Assembly (NCBI GenBank): GCA_963718895.1 | Contig: CAVRAG010000004.1 | Coordinates: 1-64,000 of the forward strand | Direction: 5' to 3' | Length of the DNA stretch: 64,000 nt | Origin: an uncultured Nitrososphaerota archaeon | GTDB taxonomy: Archaea; Thermoproteota; Nitrososphaeria; Nitrososphaerales; Gagatemarchaeaceae | Part shown: positions 42,483 to 55,695 of the stretch, one piece after another | Numbering within the stretch: the first letter of the stretch is position 1 | Layout: each line of letters starts with the position of its first letter | Position numbers and translations under genes: made by a program | The notes under the pieces: model-generated | The model's database searches: none | Seen by the model: only the letters and a program-made list of their open reading frames with translations | What the model was told of the DNA's origin: nothing

Positions 42483-43301
42483 TCAATACCATCCTAGCGT
42501 CCCGTCCTTCTTTGCTCTGTTAAGGCCCCACCGATAGACGTACACGGAGATGGGGACCAGGACGAGTGCGTAGGCCAGAGTGACAAGGAACGCCTCTGCG
42601 ATTCCCGGATTGAGGAGTGAACCTGCCTCGAGGGTCGAGAGCCTCATGATGTGATATATCCAGGTTTGAGGCAGAAGCCAGGAAACAGTCGAGAGTCCTG
42701 GAATGTAGTTGTTCAGCTGGGAGACGGGATAGGTCAGACCCGAGAGCAGGGACGCGGCCATGGCCAGGCCCCACGTTATCGGGTCGGTGACCTTCGTCAC
42801 TATCCTTATCCCGGTCGAGATCATCGCCAGGCAGAAGATGATCAGGCTGGAAATGAGTATGAGCGACGACCAGGGAGATGTAGTTTACCACGAGATGCGG
42901 CCCCGAAGACGTAGATGCCAAGGTAGAGCTGAGGTATGAAGAGTATCACCGAGAGGATGTAGGTCCAGAGCGAAGTCCCCAGGACGAACGTGGGCGTCTT
43001 GATTCCCGTCATGAGTATCGTCTCCAGAGTCCAAGGATTCAGCTGCTTCTGGACTCCGCTCCCGAGCGGGAGGACCAGGTTCGTCACCAGGATCCCGACA
43101 ATCAGGAACGAGACGTAGTCGGTGTTGTATTGGGGACGACGTGATGCGATCGTTCCTGTAGTCAGCATTAACACCCCACGCTGCGATGCCGATGACGGAA
43201 GTCGCCACCGTGGTGAGGATCTGGCTCTTGTAGGTGGACCAGTTGTAGATGTCCCGCTTCGTCAGAGCCCAGACCTTTCTGAACTCGATGGGCGACTGCA
43301 T
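42483..43301 (-). CDS. ABC-2 type transporter permease (frameshifted)
   Basis: KVWALTKRD, DYVSFLIVG, TLETILMTG, LSGLTYPVS, LPQTW; directly downstream of the ATPase. Confidence 0.88.
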
Positions 43302-44368
43302 TACGACTTGTCTCCCCGTGTGAGTCTGATGAAGGCCTCTTCCAGACTCGGTTGGGACGCCTCAATCCCCACTATCCTCAGCCCGAGAGAGGAGAGCGTC
43401 TCGAAGATCTTGTTGTAGTCCACGTCCCTGGTGGCCTCGACGCTCGAGCCGGACGTTGGTCGTCTCGGGGTCCTTCTTCACACTCGAACTGCGTCACTCC
43501 GTCGATATGCGAGATCTTCCCGAAATCCTTCTGCGTTGACTCGCAGCCCGTTCCCAGAGATGCGTTATGGTCATGTTGACCTTCTCTGCGATGGCGTTCC
43601 TGACTTCGGAGGGGGTCCCGGTTGCTACGATGTGTCCCTTGTTCAGGACGCCTATCGTGTCGCAGACCTGCTGCGCCTCCGGAAGGTTGTGCGTCGCCCA
43701 GATCGAGCGTCTTTCCCCTCTCCTGCACGAGGACGTTCTTCAGGAATCGCTCTGAAGTCGGCGGCCGAGGCAGGGTCGAGGCCGGAGGTCGGTTCGTCGA
43801 AGAGGAGGACGGAAGCGTCGGTGAGCAGCGCCCTGCCGACGAGCAGCTTTCGGGTCATCCCGGTCGAGTACTTCTGGAACATCTGATCCGCCGCATCCGC
43901 GAGCTGGCAGAACTCCAGAAGTTCGTCGATCCGCTTCGCGGCCGTCTCGCTGGGAATCCCGTACAGCGTCGCGTAGAACTGCAGGTTCTGTCTCCCGCTG
44001 AGCCGGCTCTCGAATCCCCACCCCTCAGCGAGGACGGCCTGGAGCTTCTTCAGAACGGCCCTGGGCTGTTTCACCACATCCGTCCCGAAGACCAGCGCCT
44101 GGCCCGAATCCGGCAGGACGAGGGTCGAGAGTATCTTGATCAGGGTGGTCTTCCCTGCGCCGTTCGGTCCGAGGAGGCCGAATACCTCGCCGGGCGCTAT
44201 CGTGAAGTTGACCTTGTCCAGCGCGGTCATCTGGCGGTCCCTCTTCCCCCGGAGCACCGAGAGGTAGGTCCGAAACTCCATCGAGCTGGTTATCTTCCTC
44301 ACCCGCACGTCGTAGTGCTTGGTGATGTCGATGACCTGCAGCGCTGGGACTTCCGAAGTAGCAGTCAT
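43301..44368 (-). CDS. ABC transporter ATP-binding protein (frameshifted)
   Basis: GPNGAGKTT Walker A, YSTGM signature, LLFDEPTSGLD. Confidence 0.93.
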
Positions 44369-44419
44369 CGGATAACAGAACCTCGGCGGGGCCGTAAAAT
44401 GCTGGGCTTTCAACCTTTT

Positions 44420-45576
44420 CACCGCGGGACCAGTGGAGGTTCATGGGGTTCATCTGGAGTAGGACTCCAGGAGGACGTCCGTCGCCCTGTCCCAGCTGAA
44501 GCGGGACATCGCACTCTGGAGCGCCGACGCGCCCATCGAGCTGGGCTGTGTCCGGGTTTGTCAATATGGTCGATAATCGCCTCCGCCAGAGCGTCGCGGG
44601 TCCCCCGGGGGGACCAGCAGACCGTTCTCTCCCTGCCTCACTATCTCAGGGATTCCGCCGTGGAATGTCCCGACCAGGGGCTTGGCGTGCATGGATGCCT
44701 CGATCAGAGCGAGGCCGAGACCCTCGTTGGCAGGGTCGGAGGCGACGTCCTTCGACGGGAGGACGAAGACACGTGCAGCGCTCATACTCCTGGTCAAGCT
44801 TGGGTCCGACAGGGTTCCCTTGAACTCCACGCAGTCCCGGAGGCCCAGCTGTTCCGCCAGCTTGACCAGATCTCCCATCTCCGGACCATCCCCCACGATG
44901 GAGAGCCGGGCATCGGGGAGACGCGACCTCACGATCGCGAACGCCTTCAGGAGGTCGTCCACCCCCTTTCTCGCGACCAACCGTCCCACGAACAGAACCG
45001 TGGGTGGAGAGCCAGCGTCCCGCGACACTGTTTTCGGGGGCTCCTCTGCCGCCCCGAGCAGGACGTGCACCTTTGGCCTGAGCTCCTGCGGGAGCAGGGA
45101 CCTCGTCGCCGTCGAATTCACGTCGATAGAATCGGCGAGGACAGTCGAGAAGCGGAAGAGCATCTGGGTACAGCACTTGTGAACTCGAAGTCCTCGCGTC
45201 CGAACAGGCTTATCACTGGTTTGGCCCCTGCCAACTTGGCGACGACGAGCGCGTAGACCCCAAGCAGGGTCGAGGATCCCGTGAACACGTGCACCACATC
45301 AGCTCTCGAGTCGATAACGCTCTTCGTCACGAGTCTGACGCTGTTGGGTAGATGCCGCATCCCTCCCGGACATGGGACGACCTCAGCACCAGGCGTGTCG
45401 CTCCGCACCACGGGGACGCGCCCGGCCACGAGCACCTTGACCCGGATCCCTCGCCTCGACAACCTGTCGACGTACTTTGATATCCTCGTCTGGATGCCGC
45501 CAACCTCTGGCGGGAAGTGATAGGTAAGATAGACAACGGAGCGAACGGTTGGCATCGGAATCCACCTGGTCCTCAA
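44420..45576 (-). CDS. GT4 glycosyltransferase (frameshifted)
   Basis: FPPEVGGIQ, LFVGRLVARKG, EGLGLALIEA, GGIPEIV. Confidence 0.9.
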
Positions 45577-46895
45577 TCTATCCTGTCTGCGACGGGGCGA
45601 TCATCTGACTCGGTCCGTCTTCCCTCTCGATTACCACGCCCACGCGCGACGGCGAGCAGAGGACCTCGCCGGACTCCAACCTGGGATTGATCTGGGCGTT
45701 CGCCCGAAGCTGCCACCAGCTCGGCGCACTCTCGAGCCGTAGCGACCCAGTACCCCTGCTTCTTTGCGGTCTCGAGGAGCGCCTTGAAGGTCCCGTAGAC
45801 GCTCGGAAACGTCTCGCGGTTGAGGTACGTGTTGTGGAAGTTCGCGACCAGGACCCCGTGATATCCTTCGACCGCCTTTCTGGTCTTCTCCAGCGTCTCG
45901 AGCTGCTCTCCCGCACCCTGGTCCTTGTGGAGGGAGGTCCAGTCCATGTAGCCCGTCGGCAGCTCGAGGATGGGGAGCCTCGACTGCTGGGAGAAGGGAC
46001 GGTAGGGGAAGCAGATGCCGGCTCTGAACCCGAAGAAGCGGTTGTAGTAGAAGGTGGCGTCGTACTCCAGCCCGGCGGCGGCCTCTATCTCCCACGTGTG
46101 CGGAGGCTCGAACTTCAGGATGTGGTAGCGCAGGCCCCTCGGGTCGAGCCCGATTCGCTTCCGGAAGAGGGCGATTTCATCCCTTAGCGATTCAGGGTCC
46201 TTGTAGGAGGTCTGCGCCCCGTGCAGGCCCACCTCGAAAGACTGCTTCTTCAGGATGTCAGCGCTCTGCTCCAGCAGGTCCTTGCCGCCGTAGGACATCT
46301 GAAAGAAGAAGGTGGACTTGAAGCCGTATTCCTGCTCGAGCGCGGCCGTCTCCGGGATGTTCCAGCCGTAGTCCTTCTTCCTGACCAGGGAATCGAAGGT
46401 CAGGCGCAGCAGCCTGAACGGGTTGGCCGACTGCCTCAGTACCTGCTTGTGGAACGGCGAGTAGTCGAACCAGTCGATGTCGTGGGTGAGAACGCAACAC
46501 GCCTTTGCCGAGCCGGGCCAGTACCATTTGCGGACGAGCGGGAGGTTCAGCGCGAAGAGACGCTCCCTCACGGCCGAGAGCAGCTTCTCTTCCTCCGCGT
46601 TGACGGCCAAGTCGAAGTTGTCTCGTCTGTCTGTCACCTCCCCTCCAGCAGTGAGAGCACGAGGTCGAACGCGACGATCTTCTCGGCTATGATTACGTCA
46701 GACTCTGCGTTGCACGACCGGAGGGCGAGGGAGTAGGCTTCCTCCGAGTACCTGGATATCAGGACGACTGGATACTTTCGTGGTTCGCCCTCTCGATCCC
46801 ACGACTCGGTAGGCCAGCCCGTGGTGGTCGAGCATCTCGCAGAGCAGCTCGTCGTAGATGGAACCTTGCGGAACGACGCCGATGGTCAGGTCCAA
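45573..46895 (-). CDS. Polysaccharide deacetylase family protein (frameshifted)
   Basis: LTHDID, STFFF, EVGLHG, GLRYH, YDAT, GFRAG, ELP, NFH. Confidence 0.85.
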
Positions 46896-46920
46896 TTCTG
46901 TCTCAGGTCTCCCGCGTGCG

Positions 46921-47902
46921 TCATGATCTGGCCGGTGACCTCGGACAGCTCAAAGCCCCCTCGCGTACTGGACGTACTCTCTCAGGCCCGCCTCGAGGGA
47001 GACGCTCGGCTCGTAGCCTATGACCTCCTTCGCCCTGCGTGTTGTCCGAGACGAGTCTCCTGATGTCCCCCGGTTTCGGTTCGGCGTAGACGAGCGGGGC
47101 TTCGTATCCGCACGCCTTCATGACCATGAGCGCCAGGGCTTCGATGCTCACCTCGTCGCCTCCTCCGCCGATGTTCATGATCTGGCCGGCGGAACGGGCG
47201 CTCTTGTAGGCGAGCAGGTTCGCTGCGACGACGTCCCTCACGTTCAGGAAGTCGCGCGTCTGCTTCCCGTCCCCGAAGATCCTCAGCGGCTGCTTCCGGA
47301 GGGCCCTCGAGACGAAGATTGGGATCACCCCCATCTCCTCGTTGACGGTCTGCCTCGGTCCGTAGACGTTGAAGTACCTGAGCGCGACCACGTCCAGCCC
47401 GTAGTTCCTGAAGTACATCGAGCAGTAGAGCTCGGACGTGAGCTTGCTCACGCCGTAGGGCGAGATGGGGTTGAGCGGATGGTCCTCCGAGATCGGTATC
47501 TTGGTCGGATTGCCGTAGACGCTCCCGGACGAAGCGTGCACGAGCTTCACGTCGTGCTTCCTGGCGTATTCGAGCAGCCGAATCGTCCCACCGGCGTTCA
47601 CCAGTCAGGTCCGTCACAGGGTCGACGAACGAGGGGAGGAGCGCCCTCGCTGCCTCGTTGAAGACGCCGTCGAGCTTGCCCAGAGAATCGAAGTCGAAGG
47701 TCCGCACGTCTCCCTGCAGCAGTTCGAGGGAGCTTTCGACGCCCGAGAGGTTGGCGCTCTTTCCGTTCGAGAGGTCGTCCAAGACGACGACCCTGGCCCC
47801 CAGGGCGAGCAGCCGCTCGGCGATGTGCGAGCCGATGAAGCCGCTCCGCCGACGACCAAGAACCTCTTGCCCCGGAACGCCTCGGCGAGGCTCTGATTGC
47901 AT
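46921..47902 (-). CDS. NAD-dependent epimerase/dehydratase (frameshifted)
   Basis: GFIGSH, SSGSVYG, YGVSK, RYFNVYGPRQ, GDGKQTRDF. Confidence 0.92.
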
Positions 47903-49048
47903 CTACGCCGCGACCTCCCGGTACAAGGACGTGAGCTTGTCGATCATCGAGTCGAGAGTGTAGCGCTCCTCGACGGCCCGCCTGGCGTTCGTTTCCAGGG
48001 TCTTGAGATACGTCGGGTCGGTGGCGAGCCTTTTCAACTCGGAGGCCAACCGGGCGCCGTCCTCCGGCTGCATCAGGATCCCAACCCCGTCCGCGAGCAC
48101 GTCAGGGATGCCACCCGGCACGTTCGTCGATATCACCGCCTTGCCGCAGCTCAGGCCCTCGAGCACCGTGCAGGATATCGGCCCTCCGACGTTGGAGGGC
48201 AGGACAACGATGTCGGAACTCCTGTAGAGCTCGAGCAGACGGGCGTCGTCTCTACGGGACCCCTGAACTGTACTGCGCCGTCCAGGTTCAGGCCCTGCAC
48301 GTACTTCTTGTACTCCGGGGCCCTCGGCCCGCTACCCACGAGGACCAGCCTCATGCTCCGGGACCTTGCTGTGGGCGGCCACGAAGGCGTTGAGCAGACA
48401 CGTGACCCCCTTGATCTCGGAGAGCGCGCCGACGAAGAGGACCTGGGGCGCGCCACCCTCCTTCGGAGGCACCCAGAACTTCTCCTGGTCGACTCCCGTG
48501 TGGACGATCCGAATCTTGTCCTTGAGCTGAGGGCCATAGATCCTCAGCATGTAGTCCTTCACCCCCTGGGACTGGGCGATGACGACGTCGCAGTGGTTCA
48601 GGACGAACTTCTCGAAGATAGTGATGAACATCATCTCGCGCTGGCTCTTCCACCACAGATTCCTGGGCCAGAGCAGCTCCGTCCCGTGGGTCGTGACGAT
48701 CAGCGGGACGCCGAACATGTACTTGCTGGGGAGCGCCGCCAGACCTGCCGCGAGCCCGTGGACGTGGATGACGCTGAACCGCTCCTTCCTCTGGAGCGCT
48801 ATGATCATCATCATCTGCTCGAGCATAAGCCTGACCTTGTTGAGGAGCGTACCGCCGCGGAACGAGTAAGAGGAACGGCGGACGTGGATGCCCTCGAAAG
48901 TCTCTTCCTGTTTGGTGCCTTCGATACCCCTCGTCACCAGGTAGACATCGTTCCCCCGCTGCGCGAGCTTCCGCGCGTGGTCGTAGACGCACCTCGTCGA
49001 CCCGTCAATCTTCGGGTAGAACGATGACGACACGAGCAGGATTTTCAA
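47903..49048 (-). CDS. GT4 glycosyltransferase (frameshifted)
   Basis: FYPKIDG, IHVH, TTHG, LFVGALSEIKG, LEGLSCGKAVI. Confidence 0.9.
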
Positions 49049-49069
49049 TTCAGGACCCCTCTCCCGGAT

Positions 49070-50298
49070 TCATCTGGCCAGGACCTCGCCGTAGATCGAG
49101 TCGATCCTTGCGGCGACGGCCTTCCAGGTGAAATCGCGGACGACCTTTTGCCTTCCAGCCCTTCCCATCCTTCGCGCCAGTCCTTCGTCCTGGAGAACCG
49201 TCACTATCGCCCTCGCCAGGTCGGCCGGGTCGGCGAAGTTCACCAGGTAGCCGTTGACTCCGTCCTCTATCGAGTCCTGTGTGCCGCCCATCCGCGAGGA
49301 GATCGCCGGCCTCTCGCACGCCATCGCCTCTATCAGGACCTTCGGGAACGCCTCGTAGTAGGATGGCAGGACGAGCACGCTCGACATCGAGTAGTAGTTC
49401 GGCAGTCTCTCGTTGGGGACGCGGTCAAGGAGTATGACCTTCCCGACCAGGTCGTTCTGCTCGATCGAGCCCATTAAGGTAAGACCAGTAGTCCCTCTTC
49501 GGGAGCCAGGAGGGGACTCCGCCGACGCAGACCAGCATCGAGTTCGGGACCTCCTTCGTGACCGCCTTCATCGCCCGGATGAGGAACGGTATGCCCTTCC
49601 TCAGTCCGAAATGACCCACGTAAAGGACGACCTTCTTCCCTTCCACCGAGCCTTCTCGGGGAAATCCGGGTTCTCGATCGGCCTGAACAGGTCCGAGTCG
49701 ACGCCATTGTAGACCAGCCTGATCTTGTCGTCCGGAATCCCGTATCGGCGGCTGAGGTCGGACTTCACGGACGTGCTCACGGCAGCTATCCTGTCTGCCG
49801 CCGACCAGAGCGCCTTCTCCCTGATGAACGAGGTCGTCACACCCCAGCGCGAGTATCCGACTCTTATGCCCCCGAAGGCGAGCACCGTCGGGCGTGGCCA
49901 CCGAGTAGGTCGTCCCGTGGACGTGGGAGACGACCGGAGCGCTCATTGTCCGCTTGGTCGCGGCCAGGAAGGCTCCGGTCGTCGAGTGCGTGTGGACGAC
50001 GCTCGGCGAACCGCTCTTCGTCAGCTCGCGAAGCTTGGTCAGAGCGTTCAGCGTGAAGGGGTTTCCCACCCTGTGCACCTTGACACCGTCGTCCGTCTCG
50101 AGTGCCGGTTCGTTCGAGCGCCTCCGCGCTATCACGTGCACATCGTGTCCGTTCATGGCCTGGACCCTGGAGAGGTTGTAGTAGACCGGCTGGAGACCGT
50201 AGGAAGCCTTCGCCGCCGCCCGCGTACTCCGGGACGATCCGGACGACGCGGGCGGTCGAGACCGTGCGGACCTCGGGAGGCTCTAGATATTGTTCCAA
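49070..50298 (-). CDS. GT4 glycosyltransferase (frameshifted)
   Basis: VVHTH, VYNGVD, YVGHFGLRKG, EAFPKVLIEAMAC, FTW. Confidence 0.9.
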
Positions 50299-50299
50299 G

Positions 50300-51315
50300 C
50301 TATCTCTCTTCCCTTGAATCTTCCTGACGAGAATCGTGACGAGGGCGATGGAGTATCCCATCGCCATGGAGAAGTTGCGAGTCATGACGAAGATCGGGAT
50401 AGCCGAGGAAGTTCCGCTTCCTCTCGACCACCGGCCACGCGATCCTCATGATTCTCAGGGTGTTCGCGACGAAGAGGAGCGCGACGAGGAGGATGACGAA
50501 GACCCCCCAGCAGCGGCGACCGTATCAAGAGAATGACCCCAAGGACAGTAACCCAGAACGGGGCCAAGGTCTTGAGGATATCAAGTATCCGGCGGTGTTT
50601 TATGGAGTAGAGGACCCTCGTCCTGCCTCGGGTGAACCACTTCTTGGCCAGCTGGGGGGTGGTCTGGTCCCTCCTGTGCCGCCAGTTGACCCCCGGCACC
50701 CAGGCCACCGCGTAATGGGCTTTCTCGAGCCTCCTGAAGAGGTCCTTGTCCTCCCCCTGGAAGAGCTTCTCGTCGAACCCGCCGAGCTTCAGCAGTACCT
50801 CCCTCCGGTAGACCCAGGCGTAGAACGGCTTGATCTTCCCCTGGTCCAGCAGCCTGTGCTGGACCTTGTTCTCGATGTCGATGGACTCGCGTTGCGAGCG
50901 TCGACCGGGTGATCAGTGGGGCGCCGGTGAGACAGACGGCACCTGCCTCCGGCTCCGAGTCCAGGCGCTCCACCGCCTTCTGCAGGTAGGACTCGTCATA
51001 GACGCAGTCGGACTCGGCAAAGAAGACGATCTCTCCCCTGGCCCTCTCGACCCCCACGTTCCTGGCGTGGGACGCGCCGCCGTGGTTCGTCTCCACGACG
51101 GTCACGTCCTTCCTGCCCGAAGAGAGGTCCGTCGCGACCTGCGTCCCGTCGGTCGACCCGTCGTCGACCAGGATTATCTCCCTGTCATGGTACGACTGCC
51201 GGTCCAGCTCTGCCAATACCTCGGCGACCTCACCTGCAGAGTTGTAGAGAGGCAGGACTATCGAGACCTTCGGCGTGCCGTTCGGCTCCTTGAGTTCGCG
51301 CTGTTGTGGAATCAT
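50300..51315 (-). CDS. GT2 glycosyltransferase with C-terminal TM helices (frameshifted)
   Basis: VSIVLPLYN, EIILVDDGSTDGT, ARNVG, GGFDE, EDKD, hydrophobic C-terminus. Confidence 0.88.
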
Positions 51316-51329
51316 CGATGGTCGACTCG

Positions 51330-52564
51330 CGGCGTCAGTTCGCTGGTGTTCCGTCGGCACTGACGACCGCCTCGAAGATGTCTCCAGCTGCTTCGCGACG
51401 ATACTCCAGGAGTAGTTGGCGATCACAGACTGCCTTCCCGCTGCGCCCACCTTCTCTGCCGCTCTCTGTCCTCGAGCATCCTCAGGATGGCAGAGCCAAG
51501 CGCCTTCGAGTCTCCCGGAGGTATGAGGTAGCCGGTGACCCCGTCCTGGATCGGGTCGGAGATCGGCTTCACGTCTGTGGTTATCACGGGCTTGCCGACG
51601 GCCATGTACTCGAAGACCTTGAGGGGCGACCCGAGACCGTGCTTACGGACCTGCTCGGTCGACTCAATTCTCTCCGGGTTGTAGGGCGCCACCAGCACGT
51701 CGCTTGCGTTCATGTACTTCGGGACCTGCTCGTACTGGATCGGGCCAGTGAAGATGAAGGAATCGGCGATCCCGGCCGCGGCGACCTTTCCTGGGTCTCC
51801 TTGTAGTAGGGTCCGACCATGAGGAACTTCACGTCGCTCCTTGATCGTGTAGGACTTCCTGCGCGGCCTCGATCAGCTCGCTCAGACCGTGCCATTCCTG
51901 GAACGTCCCGACGTATCCGACGACAGGCGAGTCGCCGAGGGAGTACCTCTCCCTGACCTCCTCGCCGGAGGCCGGGTCGGGCCTGAACGTCTCCGTATCG
52001 ACGGCGCCCGTCACGAGCACGACCTTGGAGGCCTGCTCCTTGCCCTCGAACATGCCCTTCGAGTAGGCGATTATCTTCCTGGACTGGCTCAGCTGAAGCC
52101 CCGTGACGCGGTTCCCTATCACCTCCAGGACGAGAGGCCTCCCGGTCAGCATGCTCGCCATCGCCCCCGCCCCGAAGGAGGTCTCCCTCTCGAAGATCAG
52201 GTCGATCGAGCTCTCCTTGACGACGCGGGCGACTTCCACGGCTATGTAGACCGGAAAGACCGTCCGGAGGTACGCCTCGTAGGACTTCCACAGCAGACGT
52301 CGAGGTGTTGCCCCGGTACGAGCCCCGCGCCTGGGTGTCTGAGAAGCTCGACCTCCTCGATGAGAAGAAGATGCCCCGCTGGAACCTGTGGATGGTGACT
52401 CCGTCGAGCATCTCGAGGCTCGGCTGGGACGAGTTGACTCGGCGGGCCACTACGTGCACCTCGTGACCAAGCTTGGCCAGGTTGCGGGCGAGCTCGTAGA
52501 CATGAGTGGAGGAGCCCCTGTAGTGGGGGACCGCGACGTCCGCCGCGACATAGCAGATCCTCAT
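51330..52564 (-). CDS. GT4 glycosyltransferase (frameshifted)
   Basis: GHEVHV, GYVGTFQEWHG, SPLKVFEYMAVGKPVI, YSW. Confidence 0.9.
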
Positions 52565-53196
52565 CGTCTTGATTCTCCAGCCTAGAGGAATGGAGGATGG
52601 TAGCTCCCCGGGACATAGTCGAACGGTTGCTTCTTCCTCTCGCCGATGACCTTGGCCGGATTGCCACCGACGACGCTGTAGGCGGGGACATCCTTGGTGA
52701 CGACGGCCCCGGCAGCGACGACTGCCCCCTCTCCTATTGTCACTCCGGCCAGCACGATCGCGTTGGTGGCAATCCACGCCCAGTCCTCGATCGTTATCGG
52801 CTCATACTTTGCCTCGAAGCTTCGGCGAGTTTACGTCGTGCTTGGCCGTTATTATCACGGCCCCGTCTGAGACGTTGACGTTTCTTCCCTATCTTGACCC
52901 CTCCTGTGCAGTACAAGGCTGGCCCTCCCCACGAAGCTCCCGTCTCCCAGCTCGAGCTCGTTCGGGCTCCCCAGGTAGACTCCTCGGCGGATCACGCAGC
53001 CCTTGCCGATCTTCATGCCGATCCTGCGGTACAGGTAGAGCCTCAGTCTCAGGCCGTGAAGCCGACCGATGTTGTATGCGAGTTTGGTTGCAAGGTACGA
53101 ATGCTTCGTGTTCCGGACTCGGGGAGGAGCGACGGCCGTGCCGATTCCCGTGCCGGTAGGTCGACCGGGCGGGTCCAGCCTCACGGTCGGATTCAC
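52560..53196 (-). CDS. Hexapeptide-repeat (LbH) sugar O-acyltransferase (frameshifted)
   Basis: [58 protein letters not shown]. Confidence 0.88.
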
Positions 53197-53567
53197 TCAT
53201 CGGTCAAGCACCGCGTGATGGTCTGTGGAAGTGATCGTAGGCGAGGAGGAATATCGTCAGGGCTGGGACTACCAACTTGATGGGAAGGGATCTCGCTGCC
53301 CGGTATGATTGTCTGGAGGGAGTACACAGAGAGAAGAATGCCGATGCTCCAGGCGAGCGTATAGAAGAGCGTCTCCAGGAGCGTGCCCGTGTTCCGAAGG
53401 AGCAGGGCGGCGAAGTATCCGGGCACGAGGATGAAATACGGCAGGATGATCAGGTTCGAGACCGTGGCGAATCCCGGGATGATGGTGGCCATCACGATTA
53501 TTGAGTAGACCACCACGACGGCATTGCGCAGCTGCTCCCGAGCGACTTTCAGGCCCGCGATTTCCAA
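53193..53567 (-). CDS. Small membrane protein, DUF1616-like
   Basis: LPYFILVPGY...LE...SIGI pattern with four TM segments. Confidence 0.6.
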   Translation of the reverse strand: MEIAGLKVAREQLRNAVVVVYSIIVMATIIPGFATVSNLIILPYFILVPGYFAALLLRNTGTLLETLFYTLAWSIGILLSVYSLQTIIPGSEIPSHQVGSPSPDDIPPRLRSLPQTITRCLTDE

Positions 53568-55690
53568 TTTCCTCTCACGTATTTCTCTATGGCTGCAAGC
53601 CCAAGGATCACGGCTGCGAACGCGAAGCCGGCGACGAGCCCAGGCACTACCGCTATGACGGTCTTGTCGGGCGTCATCTCGCCTACCCTGACTCCTCCGT
53701 CTCCTATCATCAGGGCGACGAGCAGCAGGCGAGCACGGTCGTCGTACGGCCCATCCTCTTCAGGTAGGCGAGGGGGATGAGACCGGCGAAGAAGAGAATC
53801 TTTCCCGCAGACAGGAGGTAGACGGGGCTGGCGTCCCCTCCCAGCGCCGCGCCGAAGCCGTAGATGAATCCCTTGAGCGAGAGCGAGTTTGAGAAGGCGG
53901 TCCCGAACGCATAGTTGCCCAGCGGGAAGAGGAGCAGGATGCCCTGGTACACATACTGTCCGATGTAGAGAGGATTGGCGAGGAGAATCAAGGCGACTCC
54001 GGCTATCAGGGCAAAGTCGGCCTTCTTGACCTGCAATCCTCCCTCCGCGCCCACCGCGCCCATCAGGACTCCGAGGAATCCTGCGGCCAGTCGTGGAGTA
54101 CTTCCCCCTCCGAAGCCCAGAAGGCCTATGGCCGTGATGTCGTGGGCGTCCGAGTTCACGGCGTGCAGCGAGAGAGGGACTGCAAGAATCGAGCTGGTAA
54201 CGACGTAGATGGTCTCGCTGAAGAAGAAGACGAATACGCCCGCTCCAATCAGCATGACCAGATGGGAGAGATCGGTCGTGGTGCGCGATTCGGAGGTGAG
54301 GGACCCGAGATACGCCCATCCCAGGAGGACGAGCACCATGGAGAGGACGGCCTCCACTGCGAGGAGGACCTTGAACTCCCCGTTGCTCAGGCTGATGCCG
54401 AGGATGTTGGTTCGCTGATTGAGTGAGAGCTGGAGCTTCAGCGTGGTCTGCTCCGGGCCCGTCAGGTTTGCCGCGTTCCCGACCGGCAAGACTTGGTCCG
54501 GGTAGAGATTCTTTATCAGAGTGTAGGTGATGGTATCGTCTGGCACGGTGTTGTCAACGACGATAACCGGAACGTTCCCTAGGTTCGGCAGGATGAAACC
54601 ACTTGTTTGGCCCACTGTTGGGTATAGTCTGAAAACACGAGATGTTGAACTGACCGACGCTCGACATCACGTTGAAGTCCGTGTAATCCTGCGTAGGGGT
54701 GAGGACCTGCACGTTCCCAAACATCGGCCTGGAGTTCGTTTCCTATCTGCTAGTGGTGGTCGGCTGACCAGCGATGACGTAGGCCTTCACTCTCGGGTCT
54801 GGGCCACCGAGGGCGCCCAAGGCCACCATCACCAATGCGCACAGAATGAAGAGTGCGAGCAGCTTCCGGGGCTGGAAGAGACCTCTGAACTTGAAACCCT
54901 TTCGCGACCCGAGGAACGGGATGGCTCCGGTGATGGCTTCGACTCCGCTCTTCAGCTGACTGGAGATGGCGTCGAACAGCTGCCTACCCTGCGCGAAGAG
55001 GTTGAGCGCCGCCAGAGCGACCACAGCCAGGGCGGCGACCGTGATAGCGATGCTGGCCGGCAGGAACGACGACGACTGGAATATGAGCAGTCCACCTATG
55101 GCGCGGCGAGTACGTTGTATGTCACCTGATCCGGCTCCGCTACTCGGTTGACCGAGACAGTAGCCGAGAGGAAGAGTTCACGCCCTTGCCGCTGTAGACT
55201 TGCGAGAGGATGGTTCCAGAAGGAACGGTGATGAAGAACGTTGGGGCTCAATGCGAAACCTGTAGAAGCTGACGACAACGGGACGCCGGCCAGATACCTC
55301 CAGAGAAAACTTGCCCCACTCTCATGACCCTTGCATGGTGATGCTGAAGGAACTGTCACTGGAATTGACATTGAAAGTGGTGATGTACTCGCCACCGGAA
55401 GGACCGGTCTGACTGGTTCGCGTTGAGTCCAGTTATCGTAGGCTTGAAGAGGGTAGTGATTGTGAAGACGTCCCGGAAACGAGCAGAGTGCTCCCGTTGA
55501 TTGAAACGGTGACTGGGTTCGTGTTTCCCCCGTAGACGTCGTACAGCGGCTGAACCTGTTCGGTTACAGTGAAACCAGTAAGACTGGAACCGCTGGAAGA
55601 CTGAGCGTGGGCTGGACTCGCAGAGAGAGCATCATGATCAGCATCAGCCCCGAAATCAGTCCCAAGAGAAGGATGCGGTGACCTGGCCAT
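53549..55690 (-). CDS. Large multi-pass membrane protein with N-terminal extracellular domain, function unknown (frameshifted)
   Basis: ORFs 55433..55714, 55096..55395, 54743..55024 and 53710..54615 join into signal peptide, beta domain, TMs, loop domain and about eight further TMs. Confidence 0.65.
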
Positions 55691-55695
55691 GCAAT

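Noticed and set aside
43622-45256. Long plus-strand ORFs (544 aa here; also 47897..49027, 1359..2117, 58208..59011, 62213..62992)
   Set aside because: These are antisense shadows of clearly identified minus-strand genes in GC-rich DNA, with no recognisable motifs.
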